Shown: positions 37,384 through 47,192, counted from the stretch's first letter. The stretch is DNA of 64,000 nucleotides from an uncultured Eubacteriales bacterium (GCA_934444645.1 CAKSCV010000011.1:2626-66625), one strand, 5' to 3'. Notes: generated by a model from the sequence alone, not told the origin. Numbers and translations are program-made.

Positions 37384-37830
37384 ATGATCGTATCCCACAT
37401 AAACAACTCGGATAAATATTTTTGCCTGCACAGGCATTTGAAAGAAGCCTTTGCCTTTTTGAGAACGCTTGACAAAAGCACCAAGCCGCAAAGCTTTTCA
37501 TTTGACGGCTTTTCCGGCAGTATTGTTGCTGTCAAAACCGATAAAAAGCAAGAAGAATCGGAATTGGAAGCGCATCGCGAATATTTGGACATTCACTATG
37601 TGCTCTGCGGAGAAGAAGGCTTCGGCTATGCAGATGTGAGCTCCTTAACGCCGACAACGGACTATAACAGTGAAAAGGACTATATTTTGCTGAAAGGCGG
37701 GATGGACAAGCTCTTGTTGAAGGAAGGCGAATTCTGCATCGTTTTTCCGGAGGATGCACATCTGCCGGGAGGCTTCGGGCGGACGACGGACAAGCTGAAA
37801 AAAGCAATTGTTAAAATAAAGCTGGATTAG
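37384..37830 (+). CDS. YhcH/YjgK/YiaL-family (DUF386, EbgC/NanQ-like) protein
   Basis: 148 aa, with the family-typical ...EAHREYLDIHYVLCGEE...FCIVFPEDAH. Confidence 0.75.
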   Translation: MIVSHINNSDKYFCLHRHLKEAFAFLRTLDKSTKPQSFSFDGFSGSIVAVKTDKKQEESELEAHREYLDIHYVLCGEEGFGYADVSSLTPTTDYNSEKDYILLKGGMDKLLLKEGEFCIVFPEDAHLPGGFGRTTDKLKKAIVKIKLD

Positions 37831-37866
37831 CTTGTCTATAAGCTTTTTATAGAAAGGAACGACATC

Positions 37867-40800
37867 ATGAAACATACGTATTTTCTCAAAACGCTGTGTG
37901 TCCTTTTTGCGCTTTGTTTTGCTTTTGGCGGAACGGCTTTTTCGGCGCCGATCGAAAACAGCGCAAGCACGCAGGCAGCAGCCGAAAAAGCCGGTGTTTT
38001 GCCGGGCCTGAATATGCTCACCGGCACCGACAAGCCCTATGGCTTTGAAACGGCGGAAGAAGCAGACGCTTTTGCAGGCGTTCTCACGGCAAACTGCATG
38101 AACGGTACGGCAGCTGTTGCCGACAATCCGGCAAAGGATGCCGTCAACGGGTCGAACAAGGTACTGCATATGACATCGACCTTGCCGGATAAAAACGATG
38201 CATATCCGTCGCTTGTATATTCACTCCCTCAAAAAAGCGAAGCCGAAAGACCGGTTTATGTAAGCTTTATGTATAAAAAGACATATACGCCGGAGGCCGG
38301 CGAAGCCTGCCCGGACGCCGCTAACATTTGGGTGATGAAGGGCGGCAGCATTGCCGCAACGCCGGACGCGTATCTTGTTGACAAGCCATGGAAGCAGTTT
38401 TCTTCTTTGGTCGATTTCGCCAAGGCAACCATTCCCGGCACAAGCACCGTTGATCCGGCAGACGTGACGGATATCAGCCTCCAATGGAAAATTCTCAAAT
38501 CTGCCGGCACAACGAACTATTGGCTGGATGAAGTGCTCTATATTCCGTCCTATAAAGCAACCTATTTTGCCAATGACGGCACGGAGGAGGTCATTGCGAC
38601 CGAGTATTTTCTTTTTGATGAAAACGGACGTATTCGTTCGGATTATGCGGTCAATCAAGCTTACAACGCCAAACGCTTCGGTTATTTTTTCAAGGGGTGG
38701 GCAACAACGCCAAGCGGAGAAGCTGTAACGGCCGTTAACTTGCACCATGAGGACGTCGCGTTATATGCCGTTTGGGAAAAAGACCCGGAGCTCCCGGAAC
38801 CGACAACGTATCTGTGGGACTTTGAGGAGGCTTCTTCGCAGGTGTGGCTTGCGGCAAACGAAGGCTGTTCCGTCACGTACAAAAACGGAATGCTCCTTGC
38901 GACAGCAGCCGAAAATGCCGATGACGCCTATCTGTATCATCCCGCTTTAAGTCTTGACACCAAATCACACCGTTATTTGATTGTCAAAGCGCGAAGCCGC
39001 GGCAATGTTGACAGCATTTTGTTCACGTTTACGACTTCGGATAATTCCGGAACCGAAGAAAGCAGAACCGTTGCTCTGCCGCTGGATACAAACGCCGACG
39101 TGTTCAGGGAATACTCTGTGTTTCTGTCCTCAAACGATTGTTGGACAGGAAGCTATCAGACCTGTATGCTTCGGCTTACCGGCAGCGGCACACTTGAAAT
39201 CGAGGAAATCCGTTTAGCCACATTTTATGAAGCCTCTGCCGATGTTCCGGCAAGTGAGTACCATTATTCCGACGCTCAATACAAAGCCTGGGGCAACACC
39301 TCCAAAACCGTGAATCCGGACGGAACCGTAACCATTACCCGTGCCGGGGACAGCACCCAAGGCGCGTTGGATCTGACAGCTCCGACCAAACCGTTAAATA
39401 CTGGCATTTACAACAAGCTTGTTATCAAGGCGAAAACAGGCTCTGTTATTCCCGGCTTTTGCGTTTATTATGCAACCTCTGCGCATCCCGGTTACAGCGG
39501 CGACAAAACCGTGGACACGCAAACCCTCTCTGCTTCGGACAGCGAATATACGTATTTTGTTGCCGATATGAGCGAAGAACCTCTTTACGACGGCAACGCA
39601 GCGACCTTTATGATTGCTGCCAAAGGGATCGGCTCTGCGGTAATTGCAGACATTTTCCTTTGTGATAAAGTCGAGTTTTCGGAACAGAAAAAAATCGAAA
39701 AGCTCCGGTTATATACCACAGCAACCGAAATTACCGAAAACAACGGTCAGGTGACCGTTTACCCATATGTCCGCTATACTGACGGAAAAGAAATCACACA
39801 CGCGGTCTTTGTGACCGACACCGTCAATGCCAAGCTTGACCATAACGAGGACGGTTCTCTTACCCTTACCGGCATGATGAACGGCTCCATAACCGTGACC
39901 GCGATGATTGACGGTGTTGAGGAGCCGCTTTCGGCAACCGTTGTCATATCCGGCCAGCCGGAACGCATGGCAGTCAATGATTACAAGCTGCTTATTTTCG
40001 GCAATTCCATCGCAAACCATGCGTCTGCGCCGAGTATCGGCTGGAATCGTGACTGCGGCATGGCGGCGACCTCTCCCGAAAAAGACTATGTTCACCGTTT
40101 GCAGTTCTGTATGAACGAAAAATTCGGCGCCATGAGCACCTCCGTGGAGTTCGGCACCTCCATTGCCGCCTTTGAACGCGCGATTCCGAAGAATGACATC
40201 ACCAAAGACTATATGGATATGATTCCGGTATATGTCAAAGATGTAACAACCGCCAAGCCGGACATTATTTCCATTCAGATGGGCGAAAACGTGAGCTCCG
40301 GTCCGACGGCGGAAACGTATAAGCACGCAGTCAAATGCTTGGTGAATGCTTTTCGTCAAGCCGCTCCGAATGCCGTTATCGTTGTGAGCACGCCTTTTTG
40401 GGGCGGCTATGAGAAAGTCGTCGGTATGACCGAGGCTGCCGGTGAGCTGAATGTCGGTCTGGCACTCGTTCACACCTTGAATTCTCGTGAAAACATGGCA
40501 TGGGACGACGTTTCCCTTAAAGACGCCATCGACGGCGTAAAGAACCATCCGGGCGACCTCGGTATGGACAGAATCGCCAAATTGATTTTCGATCAGGTGA
40601 ATATTCGCCTTACACGCAACGACAGAACACACTATACGATGGTTTTGCAAGGGGTGGAATTTGCCGAAGATACCGTAACGGAAATCACAGAGGCTGACGC
40701 GTCGGTACAGCTTTCCGCAAACGTTATTCCGGCAACCGCTCCGCAGGCGGTGACCTGGTCGGTAAGCGACAAGAATCTTGCGACCATTACCGCTGACGGC

Positions 40801-42027
40801 GTTCTCACCGCAAAGAATGACGGCGTTGTTACGGTTACCGTTACCTCGAAATACAATGCTTCTCTGAGCGCTTCGATCGACATTACCATTTCCGGTCAGA
40901 CGACTCCGTGCACCGTAACCTATGATAAGAACACGGAGGATACCGTTACCGAGCTTCCCGAACCGAACAGATTTGCCAAGAACACCTTTGTCTTTGACGA
41001 CGGTTATCCGGTTCGTGAGACCTACAAGTTCTTAGGCTGGGCACTCACGCCGGCCGGCGAACCGGTAAAAGCGATTGAAATTACCGGCGACGTCACGGTC
41101 TATGCACAGTGGGAAATCGCCAAGAGCTGGTCGTTCGATACCGACGGCTACAAGGAAAACTTCACGATTGACAACGGCTTTAACCAGTACGTTCTCGACG
41201 GCAAGTTCATGTCGATTGCAACCGATACCAACGTAGCTACCGGTGAAGTGCTGAAGGTCAACTCGCCGAAGCTGAACCTCAACGCCTCCGATTATTACGC
41301 ACTTATCATCACCATGCAGAACACCGAAATCGCGACAGACACGGTTCTTGACATGACCATTCATACAACCGGCGGCGATGTGAAATTCCGGGAAAAAGTC
41401 GTTACCCGCGACTATACCACCTATTGCTTCAAATTAAGCAAGGTTTCCGGAACGATTACCGGCTTTGAATTCACGCCGACCAATGTGGACTGCACCATCA
41501 ACCTTGATGAGATTGCCTTCGTAACACAACCGTTTATCGCATACGATTCTTCCGCTTCGATTCGTGCAGCCGCGCCTATCGGTGTTCGCTTCCGCGCCGG
41601 AATTGCCAACAAGCTGCTTGTTTCATCGGTACGGAAAGACGGCTTTGCCGTAAAAGAGTACGGTTTTCTTGTTTCGGTCGGCAGTCGCATAAACGCGTCG
41701 GAAAGCCTCACTCTGGAGGCGGTCAAAGATGGCAATGCCGTCAAAGGCGTTGCTTACGATGAAAAAACCAATATCCTTTACAGCACGACGGAGGACGCAC
41801 GGATCATCGCAGCAGTGCTTTTGGGTGTGCCGGATACCAAGGACGCATATACCATGGATCTTTTCGTCCGCTCATATGTCGTTCTTTCAAACGGTATAGT
41901 CCTCTATGGTCAGCCTGTTACAGACACCATGTATGATATTGCCCTGCGCGTCATGGAAACAATGACCGGCAAAGAGCCGTATGCAGCGTTTATCTATCAT
42001 ATAATCGAAATTTCCGAACTGACTTAG
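37867..42027 (+). CDS. Giant secreted protein: InlB B-repeats, Big_2 Ig-like domain, SGNH/GDSL-like hydrolase domain
   Basis: Signal peptide. YFFKGWATTPSGEAV...ALYAVW and YKFLGWALTPAGEPV...TVYAQW repeats. LLIFGNSIANH (SGNH block I-like). VTWSVSDKNLATITADGVLTAKNDGVVTVTVTS (Big_2). Confidence 0.8.
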   Translation: MKHTYFLKTLCVLFALCFAFGGTAFSAPIENSASTQAAAEKAGVLPGLNMLTGTDKPYGFETAEEADAFAGVLTANCMNGTAAVADNPAKDAVNGSNKVLHMTSTLPDKNDAYPSLVYSLPQKSEAERPVYVSFMYKKTYTPEAGEACPDAANIWVMKGGSIAATPDAYLVDKPWKQFSSLVDFAKATIPGTSTVDPADVTDISLQWKILKSAGTTNYWLDEVLYIPSYKATYFANDGTEEVIATEYFLFDENGRIRSDYAVNQAYNAKRFGYFFKGWATTPSGEAVTAVNLHHEDVALYAVWEKDPELPEPTTYLWDFEEASSQVWLAANEGCSVTYKNGMLLATAAENADDAYLYHPALSLDTKSHRYLIVKARSRGNVDSILFTFTTSDNSGTEESRTVALPLDTNADVFREYSVFLSSNDCWTGSYQTCMLRLTGSGTLEIEEIRLATFYEASADVPASEYHYSDAQYKAWGNTSKTVNPDGTVTITRAGDSTQGALDLTAPTKPLNTGIYNKLVIKAKTGSVIPGFCVYYATSAHPGYSGDKTVDTQTLSASDSEYTYFVADMSEEPLYDGNAATFMIAAKGIGSAVIADIFLCDKVEFSEQKKIEKLRLYTTATEITENNGQVTVYPYVRYTDGKEITHAVFVTDTVNAKLDHNEDGSLTLTGMMNGSITVTAMIDGVEEPLSATVVISGQPERMAVNDYKLLIFGNSIANHASAPSIGWNRDCGMAATSPEKDYVHRLQFCMNEKFGAMSTSVEFGTSIAAFERAIPKNDITKDYMDMIPVYVKDVTTAKPDIISIQMGENVSSGPTAETYKHAVKCLVNAFRQAAPNAVIVVSTPFWGGYEKVVGMTEAAGELNVGLALVHTLNSRENMAWDDVSLKDAIDGVKNHPGDLGMDRIAKLIFDQVNIRLTRNDRTHYTMVLQGVEFAEDTVTEITEADASVQLSANVIPATAPQAVTWSVSDKNLATITADGVLTAKNDGVVTVTVTSKYNASLSASIDITISGQTTPCTVTYDKNTEDTVTELPEPNRFAKNTFVFDDGYPVRETYKFLGWALTPAGEPVKAIEITGDVTVYAQWEIAKSWSFDTDGYKENFTIDNGFNQYVLDGKFMSIATDTNVATGEVLKVNSPKLNLNASDYYALIITMQNTEIATDTVLDMTIHTTGGDVKFREKVVTRDYTTYCFKLSKVSGTITGFEFTPTNVDCTINLDEIAFVTQPFIAYDSSASIRAAAPIGVRFRAGIANKLLVSSVRKDGFAVKEYGFLVSVGSRINASESLTLEAVKDGNAVKGVAYDEKTNILYSTTEDARIIAAVLLGVPDTKDAYTMDLFVRSYVVLSNGIVLYGQPVTDTMYDIALRVMETMTGKEPYAAFIYHIIEISELT

Positions 42028-42073
42028 AAAATTCCTTATAACCTGCACGGATTGCGTGCAAATTCTCCTTTTT

Positions 42074-42111
42074 CACACGTCCTTGAAGAGCTTTTGAGGA
42101 CGTGTGTTTTT
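42074..42111 (+). terminator. Rho-independent terminator
   Basis: CACACGTCCT / AGGACGTGTG stem followed by TTTTT. Confidence 0.7.
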
Positions 42112-42268
42112 GTGATAAAGAAAAATCAGCGGATATTTTATGGGACATTATGTCACCTCCTATTGCAAAATCGTCGGAGGTATGGTAAAATATTCTTGCC
42201 GAAAAATTCTGTTTGACTTTTCGGTTCTTTCGTGGAAGCGATAACCTGCAAGATAAAGGGTGAGAACA

Positions 42269-43111
42269 ATGTCTTTTAGTAAAACCATTCAAATGTACAT
42301 ATTTGACGGGAACCCCAATGGGCGAATTATGTGTGAGCTTTCAAACTGGAATGGCCGCGTATATAAAATTTCAAGAAATGAGCTTGCTGAATTTTCTCAG
42401 AGAGAGGATTCGGAAAACACGGGTGTTTATTTTTTGTTCGGAAAAAACGAAGAAAACTGTGACACCGTTTACGTCGGAGAAGCGGAAAGAATGTTTTCAA
42501 GGATTAAGCAGCATTTAAGAGATTCCGAATATTGGAATGATTGCATTGCTGTTATCAGCAAAGATGATTTGCTCAATAAAGCACATGTAAAATATCTTGA
42601 AAACAAATTTTATCTATTGGCACAAAACGCCGGAAGAGCCGTTATTATCAACAATACGATTCCCACCTGTTCTTCTATATCGGAATACGATGAAGCAATG
42701 CTGCAAGAGTTTATCAACAACGCAAAATTGCTTGTAAACACACTTGGATTTAAAGTGTTTGATACAATTGAGGATACAGCCGTAAAACATAATGATACGG
42801 AACAGTATTTTTTCATAAAGGCAGCACGAGGAGCAGATGCTAGGGGTGTGGTTGTATCCGACGGGTTTGCCGTAATGCAAGGTTCAATTATTGCATCTTC
42901 TACAGTTCAAAGCATGTCAGAAAGTCTCAAAAAGCTGCGGAGTTCTTTGATTGAAAAAGGAATTATCGATGAAACTTTTAAGTTTACACGGGACTATATT
43001 TTTACAAGTCCCTCTCTTGCAGCAACGATTGTTATGGGGCGTAATGCAAACGGCCGCACAGAATGGAAAAACGAGGAACACAAATCCATAAGAGATATAG
43101 AAGAATCCTAA
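42269..43111 (+). CDS. GIY-YIG-like N-terminal domain protein with a DUF4357-like C-terminus
   Basis: GVYFLFG...VYVGEAE...RIKQH pattern, then a C-terminal region ending ...GRNANGRTEWKNEE. AT-rich gene. Confidence 0.55.
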   Translation: MSFSKTIQMYIFDGNPNGRIMCELSNWNGRVYKISRNELAEFSQREDSENTGVYFLFGKNEENCDTVYVGEAERMFSRIKQHLRDSEYWNDCIAVISKDDLLNKAHVKYLENKFYLLAQNAGRAVIINNTIPTCSSISEYDEAMLQEFINNAKLLVNTLGFKVFDTIEDTAVKHNDTEQYFFIKAARGADARGVVVSDGFAVMQGSIIASSTVQSMSESLKKLRSSLIEKGIIDETFKFTRDYIFTSPSLAATIVMGRNANGRTEWKNEEHKSIRDIEES

Positions 43112-43120
43112 AAAAGAAAC

Positions 43121-43160
43121 AAGAGCTAACTGAAAATCAAATCAGTTAGCTCTTGCTTTT
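43121..43160 (+). terminator. Rho-independent terminator
   Basis: AAGAGCTAACTGA / TCAGTTAGCTCTT stem followed by GCTTTT. Confidence 0.7.
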
Positions 43161-43384
43161 ATAACAATGTTGCCGATTCGTTGCCGCAACTTCGCCTAAT
43201 CGGGACTTTTACGGGTTTACAGCCGGGAAAGTATCTCTTTGCAATCATTCCCACTCGCTCCCCGAAACCGTGACATAAACGATTTTGTATAGATGGTTTA
43301 GCTTCGATTATCAGGATTATTCAGATTATCCAAGAATTACGGTGTATCATATTCCTGTTGTCATTTAGTTGTCACACAAAAGTT

Positions 43385-43720
43385 TTAATTTCCTGTCACG
43401 TTGTTTTTGTAGTCCTCGCCCCAGTTCCACATAACGTCAAGTATCGGTTTGAGGCTTTGTCCTAATTCCGTCAGAGAATATTCCACTTTCGGCGGAACTT
43501 CGGCATATACCTCTCTGTGCACAAGTCCGTTTGCTTCCATATCACGAAGCTGTGCGGTCAATACCTTTTGCGATACCGTGCCGATGGATTTTTTCAGCTC
43601 GCCAAAACGCTTTGTTCCCGGCATCAAATCTCTCAATATCAGAACCTTCCATTTGTCGCCAATCAATGTCAAGGTGGTTTCCACAGGACAAGCCGGAAGT
43701 TCTTTTGTTTTCTCGTTCAT
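43385..43720 (-). CDS. HxlR-family transcriptional regulator
   Basis: CPVETTLTLIGDKWKVLILRDL... winged-helix signature. 111 aa. Confidence 0.88.
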   Translation of the reverse strand: MNEKTKELPACPVETTLTLIGDKWKVLILRDLMPGTKRFGELKKSIGTVSQKVLTAQLRDMEANGLVHREVYAEVPPKVEYSLTELGQSLKPILDVMWNWGEDYKNNVTGN

Positions 43721-44019
43721 ATGCTGCCTCCGCCATAGTATCTAATTATTGTTTACAGTATAATTGTACCATACCGCCCTGTTTACCGTCAAGTGCAACA
43801 TAAAAAATCTTAAAAATTTTTTTCAGCGTTTAAAACTCCGAAAACCCTGGTGTTTACGCATTAGTTTCTGTTCGGTAACCGCCTAATAGTATCTTTCGGG
43901 TAACTACGGCACAATATTGTGCTTACTTTACAAGTGATGCCTACGCAGATATAATAAAGTCATGAGCTGCGAAGAACGGCCGTTTTGCAACTCAAAGCAC
44001 AGACAAGGAGAAATCCAAA

Positions 44020-44853
44020 ATGAACATTTTCAAGAAAATCTTTGGTAATAACCAAAATGACAAGAAAGAGGTAATTACAATGACAAACACAGAAAAAGCT
44101 CTTGCACTTATTAACACTTTTGCCACAGGCGATACAGAAAAGGCTTCCGAGCTTCTTGCAGAAAATTACATTCAGCACAATCTCGCATACGGCACAGGCA
44201 GGGATGCTTTTGTAGGCTCTGTTTCCTACCTTGCTTCAGCTCCCGTAAAAACAACTGTAAACAACATTCGTGCTTTCGAGGACGGCGACAAGGTGTTCTT
44301 GCAGACGGTCTACAACTTTGCAGGTGCGGGCGAGCAGGTTGCCTTTGACATTTTCCGCTTTGACGAAAACGGAAAAATTGCAGAACACTGGGACAACCTT
44401 GCAAACAAGGCAGAGCCGAACCCGTCAGGTCACACGCAAACAGACGGCACTATGGAAATCAATGACCTTGATAAGACAGAGGCAAACCGTGAGCTCATAA
44501 AGAAGTTCCTTTATGATGTAATGCAAGGCAATCGTCCTGAAAAAACACCCGATTACTTTGACGGTGATACTTACATTCAGCACAACACAGGTATTGCAGA
44601 TGGACTTTCGGGACTTGGCGCAGCACTTGAAGCACTCGGCAAGCAGGGCATCCGGATGATTTATACTACTGTTCATCAGGTGCTTGCACAGGGCAATTAT
44701 GTGCTTGCAGTCAGCGAGGGAACTTTCGGCGGAACACCTACATCTTATTATGATTTGTGGAGAGTTGAAAACGGCAAAATTGCAGAACATTGGGATGTAA
44801 TGGAGACTATTGCCGATAAATCTACTTGGCAGAATCAGAACGGAAAGTTCTAA
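44020..44853 (+). CDS. SnoaL-like / NTF2-fold protein (tandem domains)
   Basis: Two repeats of the ...YIQHN...G...F...KI(A)EHWD pattern. Divergent from the HxlR gene. Confidence 0.65.
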   Translation: MNIFKKIFGNNQNDKKEVITMTNTEKALALINTFATGDTEKASELLAENYIQHNLAYGTGRDAFVGSVSYLASAPVKTTVNNIRAFEDGDKVFLQTVYNFAGAGEQVAFDIFRFDENGKIAEHWDNLANKAEPNPSGHTQTDGTMEINDLDKTEANRELIKKFLYDVMQGNRPEKTPDYFDGDTYIQHNTGIADGLSGLGAALEALGKQGIRMIYTTVHQVLAQGNYVLAVSEGTFGGTPTSYYDLWRVENGKIAEHWDVMETIADKSTWQNQNGKF

Positions 44854-44861
44854 AGAGAGCG

Positions 44862-44893
44862 AAAGCCACGCAAGCTCTTTCTTGCGTGGCTTT
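44862..44893 (+). terminator. Rho-independent terminator
   Basis: AAAGCCACGCAAG / CTTGCGTGGCTTT stem. Confidence 0.6.
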
Positions 44894-44915
44894 CCGCCTT
44901 TGTACGGAGGTAATA

Positions 44916-45530
44916 ATGAATTATCTTAAATATCTTACAGAAGAAATACATTCAATTGTTATGGCAACTGTGGACGAGAACGGCTTGCCTGTAACGTGTG
45001 CCATAGATATTATGGACTATGACGAAAACGGGCTGTACTTTCTTACCGCAAGGGGCAAGAAATTTTATGCTCGATTAAAGCGTGGCGAATATGTTTCTTT
45101 AACGGGGATGAAAGGCACTGACACGCTTTCCTGCGTTGCAATTTCTGTCAGAGGAAAGGTTCGGGAAGTCGAAAGCGATTATCTGAACAGGTTGTTTGAG
45201 AAAAACAGCTATATGTACGAAATCTATCCCACAAAAGAGTCACGCACGGCTCTTACCGTGTTTAGAATTTATGACGGATACGGAGAATGGTTTGACCTTT
45301 CAAAAAAACCTATTGAGAGAGCTTCTTTTTCATTTGGAAACGGTATAAAAACAGTTGACGGTTATTATATAACAGATAAGTGTATCGGTTGTAGGAAATG
45401 TATTGTAGTCTGTCCCCAGGGAGGTATTGATTTTACAAGCGGATACGCAAGAATTCTTCAAAGCAGCTGCCTGCACTGTGGGAATTGCTTTAATATTTGT
45501 CCCGAAAAAGCCATTGTCAAGAGAGGGTAA
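44916..45530 (+). CDS. Pyridoxamine 5'-phosphate oxidase-like FMN-binding protein fused to a 2x[4Fe-4S] ferredoxin domain
   Basis: N-terminal IVMATVDENGLPVTCAIDIM...LYFLTARGKKFY. C-terminal CIGCRKCIVVCP and CLHCGNCFNICP. RBS GGAGG before the ATG at 44916. Confidence 0.75.
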   Translation: MNYLKYLTEEIHSIVMATVDENGLPVTCAIDIMDYDENGLYFLTARGKKFYARLKRGEYVSLTGMKGTDTLSCVAISVRGKVREVESDYLNRLFEKNSYMYEIYPTKESRTALTVFRIYDGYGEWFDLSKKPIERASFSFGNGIKTVDGYYITDKCIGCRKCIVVCPQGGIDFTSGYARILQSSCLHCGNCFNICPEKAIVKRG

Positions 45531-45534
45531 GTTT

Positions 45535-46314
45535 ATGACGCAAGATAAGAAAAGACAATACTTGATAACAGAGTTGTTGAAAGAACGACCCGAATGCGCA
45601 GATATATTCATTCCAAACGACAAAACCGAACAGAAGAAATTGCTTCGTGCACTTTTTAATGTTCGTTTGCCTTTGCCGACAGGTGAGGAGTTTCTTAGGG
45701 TACAGGACGACTATTTGCAAGAGGAAATTGCTCAAAAAGGCATAACAAGTATAGATGATTTAGAGCCGATTAAACCTGATATTTATTTGTGGCAGGGCGA
45801 TATTACGACGCTGAAGTGCGATGCCATCGTCAATGCGGCAAACTCCGGCATGACCGGCTGCTATATCCCCAACCACCGCTGCATTGACAACGCCATTCAC
45901 ACCTTTGCGGGCGTGGAACTGCGGCTTGCCTGTGAAGAACGGATGGAACAGCAGGGCTATCCCGAACCCACCGGACAGGCAAAAATCACGCCTGCGTTCA
46001 ATCTGCCCTGCCGCTATGTGCTGCATACGGTCGGTCCGATCATCAGCGGGCGCGTGACGAAAGAAGAGGAAGAACTGCTGTCCTCCTGCTACCGCTCCTG
46101 TCTGGAGCTGGCAGAGGAACACAGTCTGGAAAGCGTGGCGTTCTGCTGTGTTTCCACGGGAGAATTTCATTTTCCCAATGAGCAGGCGGCAGAGATCGCC
46201 GTTGAAACCGTGAAACAGTTTATGAATAGAAAAACCAGTGTAAAGAAAGTGATCTTCAATGTTTTCAAGGATTTGGACAAAGCCATCTACGAAAAGCTGC
46301 TCCGAGCAGATTGA
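45535..46314 (+). CDS. Macrodomain protein (protein-ADP-ribose hydrolase type)
   Basis: LWQGDITTLKCDAIVNAANSGMTGC and SVAFCCVSTGEFHFP macrodomain motifs. Confidence 0.85.
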   Translation: MTQDKKRQYLITELLKERPECADIFIPNDKTEQKKLLRALFNVRLPLPTGEEFLRVQDDYLQEEIAQKGITSIDDLEPIKPDIYLWQGDITTLKCDAIVNAANSGMTGCYIPNHRCIDNAIHTFAGVELRLACEERMEQQGYPEPTGQAKITPAFNLPCRYVLHTVGPIISGRVTKEEEELLSSCYRSCLELAEEHSLESVAFCCVSTGEFHFPNEQAAEIAVETVKQFMNRKTSVKKVIFNVFKDLDKAIYEKLLRAD

Positions 46315-47119
46315 GCGGCTGAAAGCTGCATTGCAGGACTGTGACGCCGTTGTGATCGGTGCCGGAGCCGGTCTTTCCACCTCTGCCGGATTTATCTATA
46401 CCGGCGAGCGGTTTGAAAAATACTTTTCCGACTTTGCGGCAAAGTACGGCATCCGGGATATGTACAGCGGCGGCTTTTATCCGTTTGCCACGCCGGAGGA
46501 GCATTGGGCGTATTGGAGCCGGTATATCTTCATCAACCGCTATATGGATGCCCCCAAACCGGTCTATGATGCCATCTTAAAGCTGGTGCAGGACAAGGAC
46601 TATTTCGTTATCACGACCAACGTGGATCACTGTTTTCAGAAGGCAGGCTTTGACAAAAAGCGGCTGTTTTACACGCAGGGCGATTACGGCTTATTCCAGT
46701 GCAGCGAACCGTGCTGTCAGGAAACCTTTGATAACGAAGCCGTGATCCTCGAAATGGTCAAACGGCAGGAGAATATGAAAATCCCGACCGAACTACTGCC
46801 GGTCTGCCCCCACTGTGGGAAACCACTGACCATGAACCTCCGCAGCGATGATAAATTTGTGGAGGACGAGGGCTGGCACAGAGCCGCGGAACGATATGGA
46901 AATTTCCTCCGTACCCGTGACGGGCAGAAAATCCTCTTTCTGGAACTGGGCGTGGGCTACAATACACCGGTCATCATCAAGTATCCGTTCTGGCAGATGA
47001 CGGTGAAGAACCCGAACGCTACCTATGTCTGCATCAACCAAGGGCAGGCGGTGTGTCCGCAAGAGATCGAACAGCAGGCTATCTGCATCGACTCGGATAT
47101 TGGAGACATCTTATCTTAA
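46259..47119 (+). CDS. SIR2-family protein of the SirTM-like (class M) type
   Basis: VVIGAGAGLSTSAGFIYTGERF, YFVITTNVDHCF, TQGDYGLFQC and CPHCG zinc motifs. Only in-frame ATG upstream of the NAD-binding glycine motif, giving a 56-nt overlap with the macrodomain gene. An in-frame TTG at 46331 is the only other start upstream of that motif. Confidence 0.75.
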   Translation: MFSRIWTKPSTKSCSEQIERLKAALQDCDAVVIGAGAGLSTSAGFIYTGERFEKYFSDFAAKYGIRDMYSGGFYPFATPEEHWAYWSRYIFINRYMDAPKPVYDAILKLVQDKDYFVITTNVDHCFQKAGFDKKRLFYTQGDYGLFQCSEPCCQETFDNEAVILEMVKRQENMKIPTELLPVCPHCGKPLTMNLRSDDKFVEDEGWHRAAERYGNFLRTRDGQKILFLELGVGYNTPVIIKYPFWQMTVKNPNATYVCINQGQAVCPQEIEQQAICIDSDIGDILS

Positions 47120-47126
47120 CGGTATG

Positions 47127-47163
47127 ACAAAAAACGGCGGCAAGGAAAATCCCTGCCGCCGTT
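47127..47163 (-). terminator. Rho-independent terminator of guaA
   Basis: On the minus strand, ACGGCGGCAGGG / CCTTGCCGCCGT stem followed by TTTTTT. Confidence 0.7.
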
Positions 47164-47192
47164 GCGCTTATACCCTGTGTTCCGGGATGCAA

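Noticed and set aside
43736-43910. Repeated TAGTATCT motifs in the HxlR / SnoaL divergent intergenic region could be an HxlR operator.
   Set aside because: There are only two short imperfect occurrences with no clear dyad symmetry, which is insufficient to call a binding site.
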